The notes below the pieces were generated by a model that was given only the letters and a program-made list of their open reading frames with translations, was not told the DNA's origin and ran no database searches. From a virus: a DNA stretch of 64,000 nucleotides. The stretch covers positions 13,054 to 77,053 of IMG/VR virus record IMGVR_UViG_3300023179_000077; one strand, written 5' to 3'. Position numbers and translations under genes: made by a program. Of this stretch, positions 60,348-64,000 are shown one piece after another. The stretch's first letter is position 1. Each line of letters begins with the position of its first letter.

Positions 60348-60694
60348 AATCATTCCTAGCTCAATTAGATCAAGAAATGAATAGTTACGCATACGCCGCA
60401 ACACCTCATATTAGACGTAGATCAAAAGACTTATTAAAAACAGAAGAACAACATCACCAACATGTAAAAAATATAATAGTAAAAATTACTGAAATGAACC
60501 ACGATAAAATATATAAGCGAGTAGTTGAAATACAAGATAATTTAGATTCAACACCCGATGAAAATAAAGTTGAAATGTTAAATGAGTTACTCGGTATGGT
60601 ATCTCAAATAGAACAATCCTTAGCTGAGCTTAAAATTGATATTGAATCACTTAATGATAATGAAAATGAACGAGCAGATGAGACAAATAATTGA
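60344..60694 (+). CDS. Hypothetical coiled-coil protein
   Basis: ORF track; overlapping operon arrangement. Confidence 0.5.
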   Translation: MKSFLAQLDQEMNSYAYAATPHIRRRSKDLLKTEEQHHQHVKNIIVKITEMNHDKIYKRVVEIQDNLDSTPDENKVEMLNELLGMVSQIEQSLAELKIDIESLNDNENERADETNN

Positions 60695-60890
60695 GAGTAT
60701 AGGTGCTATTATAGGTTTATTAGCTATATTAGCAATAATACTTGGTTATCCTGTTATGTTGTTATGGAATTGGTTAATGCCTACAATATTTGGTCTTACC
60801 AAAATTACCCTATGGCAAGCAATAGGAATTAATATATTATGTCGTATACTATTTCAAGATAGTATTAACATAATGAAGAAAGAAGAATAA
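60666..60890 (+). CDS. Small membrane protein
   Basis: Two hydrophobic segments; LWNWLMP.IFGL..IT.WQA. Confidence 0.6.
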   Translation: MNEQMRQIIESIGAIIGLLAILAIILGYPVMLLWNWLMPTIFGLTKITLWQAIGINILCRILFQDSINIMKKEE

Positions 60891-60901
60891 AATATAAACA
60901 T

Positions 60902-61372
60902 ATGGCAAAGTTTCAATCAACTAAATTATTTGACGGTTTTAGTTGTGTATTCCGTCAATGGAAAGCTGAAGGTACTCATTGCAAGTATCTTCACGGTTAT
61001 GGAATATCATTTAGAGTATGGTTTGAAGGTGAATTAGATGAGCGTAATTGGGTTTGGGATTTTGGGCACGCTAAGCATTCTCAATATAAAATTGATGGAA
61101 AAAGCCCTAAAGAATGGATGGATTATATGTTTGACCATACAACAATAATTGCAGCTGATGACCCGGGACTTGGTGGATTTAAAATAATGGATCAACTTGG
61201 TATTATCCAGCTTAGAATAATTTCTGCTGTTGGGTGTGAGAAGTTTGCTGAATATATTTATGATAAACTTAATCCATGGGTTTTAAGTGATTCAAATGGA
61301 AGAGTTAGAATAATACAAGTGGAAGTAAGAGAACATGAAAAAAACACTGCATTGTATATACCAACACTCTAA
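60902..61372 (+). CDS. queD: 6-carboxytetrahydropterin synthase
   Basis: HC..LHGY, WVWDFG, FDH, CE..A and V.EH..N.A motifs. Confidence 0.88.
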   Translation: MAKFQSTKLFDGFSCVFRQWKAEGTHCKYLHGYGISFRVWFEGELDERNWVWDFGHAKHSQYKIDGKSPKEWMDYMFDHTTIIAADDPGLGGFKIMDQLGIIQLRIISAVGCEKFAEYIYDKLNPWVLSDSNGRVRIIQVEVREHEKNTALYIPTL

Positions 61373-62000
61373 TCCAATAACAGGAGAAGTATTTTATATT
61401 GGATTAGGTCTTAAAGATAGACCATACAATTTCACTACAGGACGTAGTAAAGAATGGAAAGAATACGTTACTATTAATGGTAAACCTAATGTTAAAATAT
61501 TATATGATAATTTAACTGCGGAAGAAGCAGATCGAATTGAGCGAGAATTAGTAGCTAAATTAGGAAGAAAAGGAATAAATATAGATGGTATATTATTAAA
61601 TAAAAGTTCTGGAGGTCAAAAAGGAGCATTAGGGATTAAACAAAGTCCTGAAACTATTCAAAAGAAACGTTTAGCAATGCAAGGAAAAAAAATGCATTCT
61701 GATCAACAAAAACAAAAATGGAGTTTAGAAAGAACAGGTAGAAAAAATAACTGGGATCCTAACCATATTAAAGCAGATAAAGGTAGACCTAAACCATCTG
61801 GATTTACAGGAAAAGGATTAACTCCTGTTTTGCAATATGATCTACAAGGTAATTTTATTAAAGAATGGCCTAGTCATAAAGAAGTATTTAATAAATTAGG
61901 AATAAGATCTGCTGCTATATGGAGTAATTTAAAAGGAATAACAAAACAAGCTGGTGGGTATATTTGGAAATATAAAAATACCGCTATATATGAAGAATAG
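61335..62000 (+). CDS. GIY-YIG-like homing endonuclease overlapping the queD 3' end
   Basis: CIYQH...FYIGLG, L.NKSSGG, NUMOD1-like C-terminus. Confidence 0.82.
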   Translation: MKKTLHCIYQHSNPITGEVFYIGLGLKDRPYNFTTGRSKEWKEYVTINGKPNVKILYDNLTAEEADRIERELVAKLGRKGINIDGILLNKSSGGQKGALGIKQSPETIQKKRLAMQGKKMHSDQQKQKWSLERTGRKNNWDPNHIKADKGRPKPSGFTGKGLTPVLQYDLQGNFIKEWPSHKEVFNKLGIRSAAIWSNLKGITKQAGGYIWKYKNTAIYEE

Positions 62001-62184
62001 AAAAAAATATACATATCCACATTATACTGAAGGTCATTGGGACAAAACTGATATTAAAATAAGTACATCTACTTATAAAAAAATAAATAAGTGGACTAGA
62101 AAGTATAATAAAGCCAGCAGTTGGTTAGGTAAGTGGTATTGTCAAATTCAAATTGATAAATTAAAAAAGAAAACATTGTTATGA
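61990..62184 (+). CDS. Small basic hypothetical protein
   Basis: ATG at 61990 in the frame of ORF 61954-62184. Confidence 0.4.
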   Translation: MKNRKKYTYPHYTEGHWDKTDIKISTSTYKKINKWTRKYNKASSWLGKWYCQIQIDKLKKKTLL

Positions 62185-62522
62185 ATAAAGAATTTGTTCC
62201 TTACGAACAAGCGCTTGAACTCAAAGAGTTAGGTTTTGATGAAGAGTGTTACTTAACTTCCTACTTTAATGCAGAAAGCGAAGAGTTTATACCTACACCT
62301 CTCTGGCAACAAGTATTTAGATGGTTTAGAGATAAGAAACTATCCGATTCTTATGTATATCGTTACCAAGATAGAACAGATGGTAGTATAAACTTTGGTT
62401 ACTCAATTATACATAACTATGGAATAGAAGAAATAAGATTTATCAAAGAAAATTATACAAGTTATGAAGAAGCAGAACTTGCTTGTCTCAATAAATTAAT
62501 TGAAATAATTAAACAAAAGTGA
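62181..62522 (+). CDS. Hypothetical phage protein
   Basis: FV.YEQALELKELGFDE, P..QQVFRWFR and YEEAELACL patterns. Confidence 0.65.
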   Translation: MNKEFVPYEQALELKELGFDEECYLTSYFNAESEEFIPTPLWQQVFRWFRDKKLSDSYVYRYQDRTDGSINFGYSIIHNYGIEEIRFIKENYTSYEEAELACLNKLIEIIKQK

Positions 62523-62561
62523 GGAAGACAACAAAGTATAATATTTATTATAAATAACATT

Positions 62562-63176
62562 ATGATAGGTATTTACAAAATTACTAATCCTGAAGGTAAA
62601 ATATATATAGGATATACTACAAACTTATATAAACGTAAAAATTATTATAAAATAAATAAAGGTATAAGACAAACTAAATTATATAATTCAATAAATCAGT
62701 ATGGTTGGGAACAACACACATTAGAATTAATTGAAGAATGCAATAAAAATGAATTAAGAGATAAAGAACAACGTTGGATAGAACATTACAATAGTTGGAT
62801 TAATGGATTAAATTCAAATCCTGGAGGTGGAGGAATAATAACACATAGTAATGAAACAAAAGAATTAATAAGTAAAATGGGTAAAGCTAATAAAGGAAAA
62901 CGAGCTATATCTCATTGGAAGGGTAAAAGTAGAGGTGAGGAATTCGCTCGTAATATGTCATTAGCTAGAAAAGGTAAATCTAATCCTAAAAATGCTAAAC
63001 CAATATTACAATATGATTTAGAAGGAAACTTTATTAAAGAGTGGTCTTCTATCAAAGAAGCTAACTTATATTTAGGTAAGAATAAGGATAGTGGTTTAAT
63101 AAATGAATGTTGTAAAGGAAAAAAACAAACAGCTTATAAATTTAAATGGAAATATAAATATGAAAGTATTTCATGA
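62562..63176 (+). CDS. GIY-YIG homing endonuclease
   Basis: GIYKITN..GKIYIG; C-terminal KPILQYDLEGNFIKEW. Confidence 0.88.
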   Translation: MIGIYKITNPEGKIYIGYTTNLYKRKNYYKINKGIRQTKLYNSINQYGWEQHTLELIEECNKNELRDKEQRWIEHYNSWINGLNSNPGGGGIITHSNETKELISKMGKANKGKRAISHWKGKSRGEEFARNMSLARKGKSNPKNAKPILQYDLEGNFIKEWSSIKEANLYLGKNKDSGLINECCKGKKQTAYKFKWKYKYESIS

Positions 63177-63960
63177 ACTACCAATTGATTTAATGCATTA
63201 TGCTTATGAATGGACAGATGGAGACTATTGTCTTCCCCATTTGGTAGACAAATATGAGCGTTATAGATTATTCTTTCAAAAAGCTAGATTAGATGGTAGA
63301 TTCATTATCATGGATAATGGATTATTTGAAGGAATAACACATACAAATGAAGATCTAATATCTAAAATAGAATGGCTAGCACCAGATATATTCATTGTAC
63401 CTGATGCGTGGAACGATTCTACTACTACTATTAGGAATGCTAAACATTGGATGATAAACTATAAAAATAAATTACCTAAAAGAACATCATTAATGGCTGT
63501 ACTTCAAGGTAAAACATTTAGTGAATTAGTTTCTACTTATCAAATATTAGTTGATTTAGGTTATAAACATATAGCTATAAACCATTCATCCGAAGCATAC
63601 CAGACAATAGGAGGAGATATGTCTCCATTACGTAAACAAATGGTAGGAAGACATTACTTAATTAATAGACTGTTAGAAACTAATACTATACATCAAACAT
63701 ATTATCATCATCTATTAGGATGTTCATTACCTCAAGAAGTAATGTTATATAAAAACAACGATATATTCAAATATGATTGTATTAGATCAATAGATACTTC
63801 TAGTCCTATTATTAATGGTGCTTTAGGAATAAGATATGAAGATGGTGGTCTTATAAATAAACCTAAAGAAAAAATAGAAGACTTCTTTGATAAAGACTTG
63901 AGCGGGCAAATAGAAGATATTAAATTTAACGTACAAAAGTTTAAAAGTTATATAAAATGA
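63160..63960 (+). CDS. TGT-like transglycosylase, candidate DpdA-type DNA deazaguanine-inserting enzyme
   Basis: IMDNG..E, VPD, AVLQG, HLLG and SIDTSSP motifs; located between queD and queC; start moved to ATG 63160. Confidence 0.65.
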   Translation: MKVFHELPIDLMHYAYEWTDGDYCLPHLVDKYERYRLFFQKARLDGRFIIMDNGLFEGITHTNEDLISKIEWLAPDIFIVPDAWNDSTTTIRNAKHWMINYKNKLPKRTSLMAVLQGKTFSELVSTYQILVDLGYKHIAINHSSEAYQTIGGDMSPLRKQMVGRHYLINRLLETNTIHQTYYHHLLGCSLPQEVMLYKNNDIFKYDCIRSIDTSSPIINGALGIRYEDGGLINKPKEKIEDFFDKDLSGQIEDIKFNVQKFKSYIK

Positions 63961-64000
63961 AAAAACAAGCAGTATTATCATTAAGTGGAGGTATGGATAG
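63957..64000 (+). CDS. queC: 7-cyano-7-deazaguanine synthase, N-terminal fragment
   Basis: MKKQAVLSLSGGMD(S) PP-loop start; queD nearby. Confidence 0.8.
   Translation, partial: MKKQAVLSLSGGMD

Noticed and set aside
61335-62000. Group I intron in queD
   Set aside because: The insert is entirely ORF with no room for a ribozyme core, and queD terminates normally.
1-64000. Stop-codon reassignment or tRNA genes
   Set aside because: Genes are intact in code 11, TAG and TGA both end genes, and no cloverleaf was seen in the short intergenic gaps.

Overview
AT-rich segment of a large T4-like myovirus, probably infecting a Bacteroidota host (no Shine-Dalgarno motifs, A-rich leaders, TTTG-N19/20-TAnnTTTA promoters). 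All credible genes are on the + strand and read in the standard code. Gene order: head module (portal, core/cargo proteins, protease, scaffold, major capsid), PhoH, neck/terminator, three giant repetitive fibre genes (1832, 3173, 855 aa) with accessory proteins, sheath, tube, a frameshifted chaperone, tape measure and baseplate. These are followed by replication and nucleotide genes (short PolA, SSB, RecA/UvsX, 5'-3' exonuclease, DnaB, thioredoxin, class II RNR), a 7-deazaguanine module (QueD, TGT/DpdA-like, start of QueC) and seven free-standing homing endonucleases. Most unusual observations: (1) the fibre genes carry arrays of variable cassettes inserted at a GN[VI]GIGT repeat, with A-to-G enrichment 5' and T-to-C enrichment 3' of the cassettes; (2) a virion-wide [S/T]-[G/A/S]-S motif suggestive of a modification sequon; (3) a set of putative capsid-targeting leaders, one mimicking the scaffold C-terminus and one on an ADP-ribosyltransferase-like protein; (4) a +1/-2 frameshift; (5) gene-fragment scars of endonuclease insertion. 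All family assignments are motif recognition by eye; no searches were run.
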